Source: Longimicrobiales bacterium (GTDB lineage Bacteria > Gemmatimonadota > Gemmatimonadetes > Longimicrobiales > Gaopeijiaceae). From it: a DNA stretch of 64,000 bases. Positions 49,094 through 58,506 of the stretch are shown here, one piece after another. Position 1 is the stretch's first letter, and every line of letters begins with the position of its first letter. The stretch spans positions 2,368,001 to 2,432,000 of the forward strand of contig CBDBCF010000001.1 of NCBI GenBank assembly GCA_965202985.1, written 5' to 3'. A model generated the notes under the pieces. The model did no database searches, was not told the DNA's origin, and saw nothing but the letters and a program-made list of their open reading frames with translations. A program made the position numbers and the translations under genes.

Positions 49094-51606
49094 TGGCCGC
49101 TTTCCGGCGCGGAAAGCCGGAGCAGCACCGAATGGGGGTACCAAGGAGGGGGGTCGCGCTGGGGGGCGTGGTCCCCCTTCTTGCGTTCGGATGCATGGCC
49201 GTCGGCGCCTCCTTGTGCGCCGGCGCAGCCCAGACCGCCGGCGCGGGTCCGAGTTCGCAGGTCCCCGAGACCGTTCGTCGCGACCTGGAGGCCGGGCGCT
49301 ACTGGAACGCCAGCCGCGCCCTGAAGGACCACTTGGCGCCGGTGGCGTCGGCGTCGATTCCGGACCGGCTCGTGTTGGCGGACGCCCACGCCGGCTGGAG
49401 GAACTGGGCGGGAGCTGTGGAGGCGCTCGTCGCCGGGGGTCCCGACACCGACGACGCCCCAGCCCGCTACTGGTACGTGCTGGGGACCGCCCGCCACATG
49501 CTGGGCGAGGCCGAGGCGGCGGCGGAGGCGCTGGCACGGTTCGTCGCCTCGTCGCCCGGAGGCTCTTCGGAGGCGGTTGCCGCGCGGTCGCGCCTGGTCC
49601 GGTTGTGGGCCGAGGCCGGGGCAGGGGCGTTGGTGGAGGTTGCTTCCGCAGGCGGCGGGGAAGACGCGAGGGGCGGGGCCAGTGCCGAGGCCGGGGCAGG
49701 GGGTGTGGATTTCGGGCGCGCCAGCGACGTCGCGGACTCGCTTGCGCAGGCCGTGGCCGAGCTTCGGGCGGTGTCGCCGGCGGTGGCCGGCTGGACGGCG
49801 CTGGAGGCGGCCCGGACTATGGCCGGGGCGGGGGCTGCGGAGGCCGTGTCGCGCCTGCTCGGCTTGGTGAGCGATGCGGAAGTGCGAAGCCGGGGGTGGA
49901 GCCTGGAGATCGACGCCTGGTTGAGCGCGGCCGACACCGCCAAGGCGTTGGAGGCGCTGGTCGAGTTGCGTCGGGCAGGAGACGGAGCGAGTGCGTCGGA
50001 CGGGCCGGACGCCGTGGCGCTCTTGGGCCGGGAATGGCGCTACCGACGGGCGCTGGGGGACGCGGAGGGCGCCGTTCGCGCCATGAAGGGCGTCTTGACG
50101 GGCACGACCCGGGGCACGGTGGCCAAGGACGCCGCGCTTGCCCTGTGGGAGGCGCAGGGCGCGCAGGGCTTGGACGCCGACGAACTGCGGCGCGTCGCCA
50201 CGGCGGCGGGCGCCGGCCGCGAGTACGGGACTGCCGTGCGGGCTTGGCGGGCGGCCCAAAGCGCCGGAGCCGTGCTGGAAGAATCCGAGCGAATGGCGCT
50301 TGCCCGGGCGCTCAACGGCAGTCGCGACCGGAACGGTGCCGTGCAGATCTACCGCGACCTGTCCGTGTCCTCCGACGCCGCGATCGCCGCCCGAGCGTTG
50401 CGCGCATGGGCCGACATCCGCCGCGTGCAGGGCCGTCGCCAGGACTTGGCCACCTTGGAAGACCGTCTTGTGGACCGATTCCCCGGCAGCGCCCAAGCCC
50501 TGGACGTGGTCTTCTTCCGGGCCGACGACCACCACGACGCCGGTCGTCTGACCCAAGCCAAGGACCGGTACCGACAGGTCGTGTCGATGTCGCCGTCCGC
50601 CGACCGCGCCGGCCTGGCGCGAATGAGGTGGGGCCAGATTCACGTCTCCAACGGCGAGCTTGATGCCGCGGCCGAAGTCTACCAAGGCTACTTGGCAGAA
50701 TTTCCGAACGGGCGGCGATGGGAAGAGGCCGCCTTCTGGGGTGCCCGTGCGGCTCGGGCGGTCGGCGACATGGCCTGGGCCGCCGCCGCGACGGCCCGCC
50801 TGCGAGCAGAAAGTCCCCTTTCCTACTACGTCGCCGTCGGCGGGGACCCGGAGAACGTGTTCGCCGCACTGCCGGAGGGTTCCGCGTTGGAGGACCCCGG
50901 TTGGCTGTCTTGGGAGCTGGAGGTCTTATCGCTACTGGAAGAGGCGGGGCTGGACGAAGGCGCCGCCGCGCACCTGGACGCCATGATCAAGACCGCCTGG
51001 GAGTCGGACGATGTGCTGCTTCGCCTGGCGGTCGCCTTCGGCGAGGAAGGGCGTTCCCGCGACGGCATCAACTTGGGATGGGAGCTGCGTCGCCGAGGGA
51101 AGGCGTGGGACCGGCGTCTGCTGCGGGTCGTGTTCCCTTTTCCGCACTCGGACTTGGTCGGGACTCGGGCGCGCGAGCTGGAGCTGGATCCGTACCTCTT
51201 GGCCGCGATCGTTCGCCAGGAGAGCGCGTTCCAGGCCGACGTCGTGTCGGCAGCCGGCGCCGTCGGGCTCATGCAAGTCATGCCGGCGACCGGCAAGGAG
51301 CTGGCTCGCAAGGTCGGGCCACGCGGCTTTCTGCAGGAGTTCCTGACCGTGCCGGAGCTGAACGTGCACCTGGGCGCCGCGTACTTGGCGGACCTGCTCC
51401 GCCGCTACGACGGCGACATCCCCTTGGTGCTGTCGGCCTACAACGCCGGCCCCACGCGGGCCAACCGTTGGCGGCGACTGCCCCAAGCAGGCGATCCGTT
51501 GCGCTTCACCGAACGCATCCCCTTCCGGGAAACGCGCGACTACGTGAAGAACGTGACCCGAAACCGAGCCCTGTACCGATGGCTCTACGGACCAAGGCCG
51601 CAATGA
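49093..51606 (+). CDS. Soluble lytic transglycosylase (Slt70-like, TPR plus SLT domain)
   Basis: AIVRQESAF, GAVGLMQVMP, AYNAG, ETRDYV. Confidence 0.9.
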   Translation: MAAFRRGKPEQHRMGVPRRGVALGGVVPLLAFGCMAVGASLCAGAAQTAGAGPSSQVPETVRRDLEAGRYWNASRALKDHLAPVASASIPDRLVLADAHAGWRNWAGAVEALVAGGPDTDDAPARYWYVLGTARHMLGEAEAAAEALARFVASSPGGSSEAVAARSRLVRLWAEAGAGALVEVASAGGGEDARGGASAEAGAGGVDFGRASDVADSLAQAVAELRAVSPAVAGWTALEAARTMAGAGAAEAVSRLLGLVSDAEVRSRGWSLEIDAWLSAADTAKALEALVELRRAGDGASASDGPDAVALLGREWRYRRALGDAEGAVRAMKGVLTGTTRGTVAKDAALALWEAQGAQGLDADELRRVATAAGAGREYGTAVRAWRAAQSAGAVLEESERMALARALNGSRDRNGAVQIYRDLSVSSDAAIAARALRAWADIRRVQGRRQDLATLEDRLVDRFPGSAQALDVVFFRADDHHDAGRLTQAKDRYRQVVSMSPSADRAGLARMRWGQIHVSNGELDAAAEVYQGYLAEFPNGRRWEEAAFWGARAARAVGDMAWAAAATARLRAESPLSYYVAVGGDPENVFAALPEGSALEDPGWLSWELEVLSLLEEAGLDEGAAAHLDAMIKTAWESDDVLLRLAVAFGEEGRSRDGINLGWELRRRGKAWDRRLLRVVFPFPHSDLVGTRARELELDPYLLAAIVRQESAFQADVVSAAGAVGLMQVMPATGKELARKVGPRGFLQEFLTVPELNVHLGAAYLADLLRRYDGDIPLVLSAYNAGPTRANRWRRLPQAGDPLRFTERIPFRETRDYVKNVTRNRALYRWLYGPRPQ

Positions 51607-52199
51607 CGAACCCTCGATTCACGATGAAGCAAACGCCGTTGTCGCTGGTTGCCCCCATTGCTGTTGCCGTCGTCGTCCTGGCGGTGCCCGGTTGCGCGCC
51701 CATGGGCGACGAGCCGACCGACCCCGACCCCGACGTCTCGGCACCGACGGCCAGTGCCCGCCATCTCCCAAACGACGCCGACCGGGAAGCCGTCCTGGCC
51801 ACGGTCCAGTCGATCTTCGACGCCCTGGCCGCGGGCGACGGCGAGACGCTGCGGCGCGTCATGCACCCCCAGGTCCTGATGCACTCGGTGGAGCGCTCCG
51901 CCGACGGCGCCAGAAGCATCTCCATGTCCACCTTGGAGGACCTGATCGCCCGCGTGGAGGGCAGCGACGCCGTGCTTACCGAGCGCATGTTCGACCCGGA
52001 GGTGCGCGTCAGCGGCGATCTTGCCATGGTGTGGACGCCCTACGACTTCTACGTGGGCGACCAGCTCAGCCACTGCGGCGCCGACGGCCTCCTGCTGGCG
52101 CGCAACCCCCAAACGGAGAGGTGGCAGATCATCTCGCTGTCGTGGACCCGTCTGCAACCGCCCGAGTGCGAGCTGCATCCGGAGGGGCCGCCGGGGTAG
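51603..52199 (+). CDS. NTF2/SnoaL-like lipoprotein
   Basis: Lipobox-like VPGC; EVRVSGDLAMVWTPYDFY...SHCG. Confidence 0.75.
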   Translation: MTNPRFTMKQTPLSLVAPIAVAVVVLAVPGCAPMGDEPTDPDPDVSAPTASARHLPNDADREAVLATVQSIFDALAAGDGETLRRVMHPQVLMHSVERSADGARSISMSTLEDLIARVEGSDAVLTERMFDPEVRVSGDLAMVWTPYDFYVGDQLSHCGADGLLLARNPQTERWQIISLSWTRLQPPECELHPEGPPG

Positions 52200-52286
52200 G
52201 GAGGCGGGGGGCGGGCGGCGTAGGTCGGGCGTTGTGGGGGTAGGCGCGGCCGCTCCGCGGATCCTGGGGCCGGCCGCTTCTTCTTT

Positions 52287-52320
52287 TCTGCGATATTTGC
52301 TATATTCGCTATATCGCAGA
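52287..52320. promoter_or_regulatory. Perfect 10-bp inverted repeat flanking an extended -10 element (putative operator/promoter)
   Basis: TCTGCGATAT-N14-ATATCGCAGA; the spacer holds TG-C-TATATT; AAGGAGGA RBS follows. Confidence 0.7.
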
Positions 52321-52348
52321 ATTCTCACGCACAAGGAGGAACCGCCAT

Positions 52349-53525
52349 ATGACCCACATGGACAGTCGCCCGCAGTTCGCCCTCTTATGTCGCCCGGCGC
52401 ACCGACTTCGAGTTCGGCGACCACATCGCGAAGCGCTTCCGTCGCCGCTGGGGCACGGACCCCTACCGCCAGATCGTCGGAGGCGACGGCGTCGACGCGT
52501 TGCCAAGACACGCCCGTGCGCCAAGTGCCATGCTGCCGATAGACTGGGACGCGAGCGGTGCCACGGCGGTCGTCGTGCTCATGGATCGGTTCTTTGCGGC
52601 CCAAGGAGCTTGGGTCGATTACGTCCGTGAGCTTGCGGAGGAGGCAGATGCTCGCGGATTCGCCTGTCGCGTCTTCCCCGTCGCGATGGAGTCGGAAGTT
52701 CTGAATGCCCTGGATGGTCAGCTCCCCATTCAGGCCCTTGATTGGACGGAATTCGCTACCAGCGACTCGGACCGCGAGCGGCGCCTGATTTGCGAATTGC
52801 TCCACCAGTTCTGCAGAATGCTCCGGTACCGACTACGGCCGAAGCCGTACCAGCCAGCGACCTTGGACGACTACATGAGGGAGAAAGTCCGCATTTTCAT
52901 CAGCTACCGTCGCGACGATCAACAGGGCCGGGAAACCGCTCGGCGGATCCATGAATGGGTCCACAGCAACAGCGACCTGGACACCTTCTTCGACGTCGTC
53001 AGCGTACCGCCGGGCGTGCCCTTCTCGGAAGTCATCTACGATGCAATTCCGGACTCCGTCATGGTTGTCTGCTACTCGGACTCGTATTCTTCAAGCCAGT
53101 GGTGCCGTCGCGAGGTCGTCGAAGCAAAGCGACATGGAATCCCCATGATCGTCCTCGACTGCCTCCAAGACATGGACCCACGCATGTTTCCGTATCTCGG
53201 GAACGTGCCGGTAATCCGCGTCGACCCCGAACAGGGGTGCCCCTGGGCCGAACGAGTCGTCACCGTGCTGCTTGAAGAAGTCTTCCGCGATCTACTTTGG
53301 AAGTGCAGAGTGGCTCCTTTCGAGCACGAGGATGCTGGAGTAGCCTTTACGTCTCGGAAGCCCGAACTGTGTTTGCTTGCAGCCTTCTCCAGATCGGGCC
53401 GGACCCGGCCTTCCGTCGTTTATCCCGGACCTTCGATTGGTGCAGAGGAGGAAAGGTTGTTTGCCGACATCGACCCGAGCGTGCAGCTTCACACGCTTGA
53501 CGATTGGACACGGAGGCACGCATGA
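52349..53525 (+). CDS. TIR domain protein (frameshifted near the 5' end, at about 52385)
   Basis: IFISYRRDD, TFFD, SSQWCRRE (catalytic Glu retained). The RBS-linked ATG 52349 joins ORF 52500..53525 only if one T at 52385 is skipped. Confidence 0.8.
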
Positions 53526-54346
53526 ACACGGCTCTGCATCCACCGCGAGCCATCGCCGTCTCGGTCTCCGACAGCCCGGACACCGACGGACTGGGAGTCA
53601 GCGTGGACCATGTGTGGGACACGTTCGTGGAGCTTGTCATAGAACTTCTGGCCTCGGGAGTGGACTTGGCCTACGGCGGCGACCTTCGCGAGCGGGGTTT
53701 CACCGAAGTGCTCTTCGAGCTGGCAGGACGGTACCGGCGACCCGGCCAAACGGCGATTCGCGTGACCAACTACTTCGCGTGGCCTGTGCACATTCGGATG
53801 TCCACGAGCGACTTGGACGAAGTTGCGGCCAGCGTGGACCACGTCGCGCATCTGGCCTTTGTCGGACTCAACGGCACACGGATGTCTGCCGACGTGCGCC
53901 GAAAGCTCCCGTCATGCGAGCCAAGCGATAGGGACTGGCGGTCAGGTCTGACAAGCATGCGGACGACGATGCGAACCGAGACAAGCGGTCGAATAGCCAT
54001 CGGTGGCCAAGTCGAGAACTACAAGGGCAAGATGCCGGGCATTGCCGAGGAGGCATTGCTGTCGTTGAAGGCCAGGCAGCCCTTGTTCCTGGTGGGAGGG
54101 TTCGGCGGTTGTACTCGCGACATAGCGGAGACGCTCGGTTTGGTCGATCCGTGGAACGACCCTCGGGATTGGCCGGAGCGCCAGCGCTTCGAGGGCTACA
54201 CGGCCGACGACTTGATGAATGGCCTCACGGACGACGAAAATCGAACACTGGCTCGGACGCCCTTCATCGGTCAGGCCCGGCAGCTCGTCATGCTAGGCTT
54301 GCACCGGCTGTTCCACCACGACAGCCGTGTTCCTCTGTCTTCGTGA
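53522..54346 (+). CDS. Stand-alone SLOG (SMF/DprA-LOG superfamily) domain protein
   Basis: [26 protein letters not shown]...[19 protein letters not shown] overlap with TIR. Confidence 0.8.
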   Translation: MNTALHPPRAIAVSVSDSPDTDGLGVSVDHVWDTFVELVIELLASGVDLAYGGDLRERGFTEVLFELAGRYRRPGQTAIRVTNYFAWPVHIRMSTSDLDEVAASVDHVAHLAFVGLNGTRMSADVRRKLPSCEPSDRDWRSGLTSMRTTMRTETSGRIAIGGQVENYKGKMPGIAEEALLSLKARQPLFLVGGFGGCTRDIAETLGLVDPWNDPRDWPERQRFEGYTADDLMNGLTDDENRTLARTPFIGQARQLVMLGLHRLFHHDSRVPLSS

Positions 54347-56889
54347 TTGAGCCACGCAGCGTCCCAGCTACGCTCCGAGCCATCCGCGAGGTCATGGACC
54401 TGACGCAGGAGGAGCTTGCCGAGCGACTCGACGTGTCCTTCGCCAGCGTCAACCGCTGGGAGGGCGGCAAGGTCAAGCCGCAGCGAGCGTCCAGAGAGGC
54501 CATCGCGGCACTGGCCGAGGAGGCCGGCGTTGACTGGATGGCGGCGAATTCCGAGAACGCCCCAGAGGGGTCTGCCGAACCACACAGCCCTGCGCGACGG
54601 CGGAAGACGAGGAAGAGCGGCCGCGCGGCCGAGACCTCGGGGGCGTCCGACACCGCGGCCATGGAGAAGATGCTGTGGAGCGCCGCCTGTTCGATCCGCG
54701 GCGAACGGGACGCAGCGAAGTTCAAGGACTATCTGTTGCCGCTCCTGTTCTTGAAGCGCCTGTCCGACGTATTCGACGACGAGATCGCTCGACTCGAAGC
54801 CGAGTACGGGAACGCGGACGTTGCCAGGGAGATCGCCGAGGAGGATCACGACCTTCTTCGCTTCTACTTGCCACCGGAGGCCCGCTGGGCGGTGATCAGC
54901 GGCCGGAAACCTTGCGAATGGCCACGCGGCGGCGCCCCGAGGGACGTCGGGGAGCATCTGACCAAGGCCGTGCGGGCGGTCGTGCGCGAGAACCCTTCCC
55001 TGTCCGGCGTCATCGATGTCGTGGACTTTGCGGGGGAGCGCAACGGCGAGCGCGATGTCAACCCGGCCAAGCTCGCACAGGTCATCGAGACTTTTTCGGA
55101 CCCCGACTACCGCCTTGGCCTTGCAGACGTCCAGCCCGACTTTTTGGGCCGCGCCTACGAGTTCCTGCTGCGCAAGTTCGCGGAGGGATCGGGCAGAAGC
55201 GGAGGCGAATTCTTCACGCCGACGGAGGTCGCCTTCCTGATGGCGCACATCATGCGCCCAAAGCCTGGCGACAAGTGCCACGACTACGCCTGCGGATCGG
55301 CCGGCCTGCTGCTCAAGCTCCAGCTGGTCGCCCAAGAACTTGATCCCACGACCCGCGTGCCCCTCAAGCTGGCCGGTCAAGAACTCCAGGCCGAGAGCTA
55401 CGCCACTGCCAAGATGAACGCCATCATCCACGACATGGACGTGGAGGTCGCGCGCGGCGACACGATGATCAACCCGAAGTTCAAGACCGCCTCCGGCAAG
55501 ATCGACACTCACGACATCGTGGTTGCCAACCCAATGTGGAACCAGCCGTTCAATCCGGATACCTTTGCCAACGACCCCTTCGACCGTTTCCGTCCCGCCG
55601 GAGGGCCGACCAGCGGAAAGGGCGACTGGGCATGGCTCCAGCACACGCTGGCGTGCTTGAACGAGCGGGGTCGCGCCGCCGTGGTGCTGGACACCGGCGC
55701 CGTGACGCGCGGCTCCGGCACAAAGCACGAAGACAAGGAGCGGAACATCCGCAAGTGGTTCGTGGACAACGACCTGATCGAGGGCGTGATTCTCCTCCCG
55801 GACAATCTGTTCTACAACACGACGGCCGCAGGTGTGATCGTGGTGCTGTCGAAGGACAAGCCGCCGGAACGGAGGGGGAAGGTGGTGTTGCTGGATGCTA
55901 GCGACTGGGCGCGCAGCGGGAGAGCCAAGAACCATTTGCCCCAGGCGGCTATTCCGGCTTTGGCCGCCATGTTTCTAGATGCAGATACGACGATCCATCA
56001 GGTTGCAGTTGTGTCGACAAGTGAGATCGCAGCAGTAGACTATAGCCTTATTCCTAGCCGATGGACGACGCAGACACGTACAAGAACAACAAACGGCGAT
56101 CAATTGGATGATCTTGTAGCCTCCCTGAGTCGATTGTCTTTGGAGCATTCTAGATTGGAGCAAAAAATGTTGTCGATGCTTGCATCTCTGTCCATGGACC
56201 ATGTAGCGGCTCCACTCTCAGACTGGCGGCATACGGAGATAGGCGACGTAACGATTCCAGTCTCAGTTTGGAATCCTCGACGTGAGCCTCGACCATCAAT
56301 TCGGTACGTCGACGTTTCCGGTGTATCGCGCGATACACTCACAATCACGAAGGAAGTCGAGTACCGACGCCCCGAGACCATACCCAGCCGGGCGCGCAAA
56401 ATCGTGCATGCCGGAGACACGATCTTTGCCACTATACGTCCGGCATTGCGGCGGATAGCACAAATCCCTGATCGACTTCATGGAGAAATAGTATCGACGG
56501 CCTTCTGTGTATTGAGGGCCGATCCCAACGTAATTGACTCCGATTACCTGTTTCATGTAATGCAACTCGACACAGTCGTCAGCGACATTTCGTCGTTGGA
56601 AACAGGTGCAAGCTATCCCGCTGTTCGTGACACTGATGTCCTAGCTCAGCGAATACCAGTGCCACCACTAGCGGAACAGCGGGTAATCGTATCTGTCCTG
56701 AGCGGAGTCAGAGAAAGAGTTCGTCTGTATCGCACCCAAGAAGGTGTCACGGGACAACTGTACAGAGCATTGTTGCATAGGATTGCTACTGGCCGAACTC
56801 GAGTGATCGCCGCGCGGTCTCAGGATCAGGGATGCCGTTGGATCGGAAAGAGTCGCCCCCGGACAGCAGGAGTATCCCATGACCACTGA
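54343..56889 (+). CDS. hsdM: XRE-HTH + Type I HsdM methyltransferase + single-TRD half-HsdS fusion
   Basis: [49 protein letters not shown]-terminal PSRAR...GDTIF...VSTAF...[15 protein letters not shown] overlap with SLOG. Confidence 0.88.
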   Translation: MIEPRSVPATLRAIREVMDLTQEELAERLDVSFASVNRWEGGKVKPQRASREAIAALAEEAGVDWMAANSENAPEGSAEPHSPARRRKTRKSGRAAETSGASDTAAMEKMLWSAACSIRGERDAAKFKDYLLPLLFLKRLSDVFDDEIARLEAEYGNADVAREIAEEDHDLLRFYLPPEARWAVISGRKPCEWPRGGAPRDVGEHLTKAVRAVVRENPSLSGVIDVVDFAGERNGERDVNPAKLAQVIETFSDPDYRLGLADVQPDFLGRAYEFLLRKFAEGSGRSGGEFFTPTEVAFLMAHIMRPKPGDKCHDYACGSAGLLLKLQLVAQELDPTTRVPLKLAGQELQAESYATAKMNAIIHDMDVEVARGDTMINPKFKTASGKIDTHDIVVANPMWNQPFNPDTFANDPFDRFRPAGGPTSGKGDWAWLQHTLACLNERGRAAVVLDTGAVTRGSGTKHEDKERNIRKWFVDNDLIEGVILLPDNLFYNTTAAGVIVVLSKDKPPERRGKVVLLDASDWARSGRAKNHLPQAAIPALAAMFLDADTTIHQVAVVSTSEIAAVDYSLIPSRWTTQTRTRTTNGDQLDDLVASLSRLSLEHSRLEQKMLSMLASLSMDHVAAPLSDWRHTEIGDVTIPVSVWNPRREPRPSIRYVDVSGVSRDTLTITKEVEYRRPETIPSRARKIVHAGDTIFATIRPALRRIAQIPDRLHGEIVSTAFCVLRADPNVIDSDYLFHVMQLDTVVSDISSLETGASYPAVRDTDVLAQRIPVPPLAEQRVIVSVLSGVRERVRLYRTQEGVTGQLYRALLHRIATGRTRVIAARSQDQGCRWIGKSRPRTAGVSHDH

Positions 56890-58282
56890 CCAACTCGCCC
56901 TTCTTGTCGAATTCGGCGAATCCGAGACGTTGGAACTGAAGACGACGACAGGCGGCCGCCGCGAGGCTGCGCGGACCATATGCGCTATGCTCAACCAGCG
57001 CGGCGGCTACGTGATGTTCGGGGTCAAGCCGGATGGTGCGGTCGTGGGACAGCAGGTCAGCGACCGGACATTGGAGGAACTTGGCGCGGAGATTGGCCGG
57101 ATTCAGCCGGCGGCCTACCCAGAGGTGATTCGCGTGAATGTGGCGAATGGGCGCGACGTGGTCGTCGTGCGGGTGAAGGCGGGCGAGGGCAAGCCGTACA
57201 CCTACCGAAGCCAGGGCTACCGGCGCGTGGGCAACGTTACGCTGCCGATGTCGGCGGACGAGCATGGTCGGGCGGTCTTGGAGCGGTACCACAAGAGCGA
57301 CCGCTGGGAGAACCAGGAAGCTGGAGGATGGTCGATCGACGACCTCGACGGAGACGAGGTTCGGAATACGGTCGCAGAGGCCGTGCGGCGGGAACGGTTG
57401 GACGAACCGGAGCGTAGAGGTGTCGAGGACCTGTTGCTCGGACTGGGCCTGATACAGGGTGACGTGGTGTATCGGGCCGCCGCCGTGCTGTTCGGCAAGC
57501 GCGAGCGCTTGGAGGTGGACTTTCCTCAGTGCTTACTTCGCGTGGCTCGGTTTCGCGGGGTGGATCGGTCGAAGTTTCTCGACAACCGCCAGTTCGCTGG
57601 CAACGCTTTCGAACTGTTGCGAGCGGGCGAACGGTTCCTACGCGAGTGGGTGCCCATCGCGGGACGGTTCGACCCGAACCGGTTCGACCGAATCGACGAG
57701 CCCTTGTACCCGGCCTTGGCGACCAGGGAGGCGCTGGCGAACGCTCTCTGTCACCGTGACTACGCCGTCTTCGGCGGTTCCATCGGACTGGCTATGTACG
57801 ACGACCGGTTGGAGATCACGTCGCCCGGCCCGTTGCACTTTGGATTGACGCCAGAGGATCTTTTTGAGCCGCACCGGTCCCGGCCGTGGAATCCCTGGAT
57901 CGCCCGAACGTTCTATCGCAGAGGCATCATCGAGACGTGGGGCACGGGGACAATCAGGATGGCCGAGACGGCAGTCGCTGCCGGGTTGCCCCGTCCCGAG
58001 ATCGAGGAGCAGGGCGACTCCGTGATCGTCCGGTTCCAACACGGACAAGTCGGCCCCGAGGGTGTCGCGGAAGGGGCGGTTCCGGCGAGGACGGAGGTGC
58101 TGGTGCTTCTGGATGGTGCTGTTGGGGGCATGACCCGCAGGGAGATCCTTTCGGGGATGCGGGGTAGCGTGAGCGAGGCGCAGCTGCGAAGAATGTTGGA
58201 GGAACTCCGAGACGAAGGGCTAGTGCAGTTGCGTGGTACGGGCTGGTCTGCTCGGTGGATGCGGACTAAGGCGTCAAGGTGA
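56879..58282 (+). CDS. Schlafen/AlbA_2 domain + HATPase_c_4 + wHTH protein (RecG-C-like)
   Basis: [18 protein letters not shown]...[32 protein letters not shown]-terminal wHTH; AGGAG RBS. Confidence 0.85.
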   Translation: MTTDQLALLVEFGESETLELKTTTGGRREAARTICAMLNQRGGYVMFGVKPDGAVVGQQVSDRTLEELGAEIGRIQPAAYPEVIRVNVANGRDVVVVRVKAGEGKPYTYRSQGYRRVGNVTLPMSADEHGRAVLERYHKSDRWENQEAGGWSIDDLDGDEVRNTVAEAVRRERLDEPERRGVEDLLLGLGLIQGDVVYRAAAVLFGKRERLEVDFPQCLLRVARFRGVDRSKFLDNRQFAGNAFELLRAGERFLREWVPIAGRFDPNRFDRIDEPLYPALATREALANALCHRDYAVFGGSIGLAMYDDRLEITSPGPLHFGLTPEDLFEPHRSRPWNPWIARTFYRRGIIETWGTGTIRMAETAVAAGLPRPEIEEQGDSVIVRFQHGQVGPEGVAEGAVPARTEVLVLLDGAVGGMTRREILSGMRGSVSEAQLRRMLEELRDEGLVQLRGTGWSARWMRTKASR

Positions 58283-58302
58283 TTGTTGGTCGGTTGCCAC
58301 AG

Positions 58303-58500
58303 TGGCGGGAATTGACGCCAAGATGGCGTCGCGGAACACGCCAAGATGGCGGGAATTGACGCCAAGATGGCGTCAAGAGGTGCCAATGACGCCAAGATGG
58401 CGTCGCGGAACACGCTAAGATGGCGTTGAGGGGGCGCTAAGATGACGCTCCAGGGGCGCCAAGATGGCGTTGGGGAGCGTCAAGATGACGCCAAGATGAC
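58303..58500. repeat. Intergenic array of about 9 palindromic repeats, consensus GACGCCA-AGA-TGGCGTC
   Basis: AAGATG core at 58320, 58343, 58364, 58394, 58417, 58439, 58461, 58482, 58493. Confidence 0.9.
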
Positions 58501-58506
58501 CTTCCC

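Noticed and set aside
52349..52630. Independent 93-aa leader ORF upstream of TIR
   Set aside because: After codon 12 it is Arg/Pro-rich off-frame sequence; better explained as the frameshifted TIR N-terminus.
58303..58500. CRISPR array interpretation of the palindromic repeats
   Set aside because: Units are only about 13-21 bp, intervening sequences are at most about 11 bp and partly repeated, and no cas genes are present.
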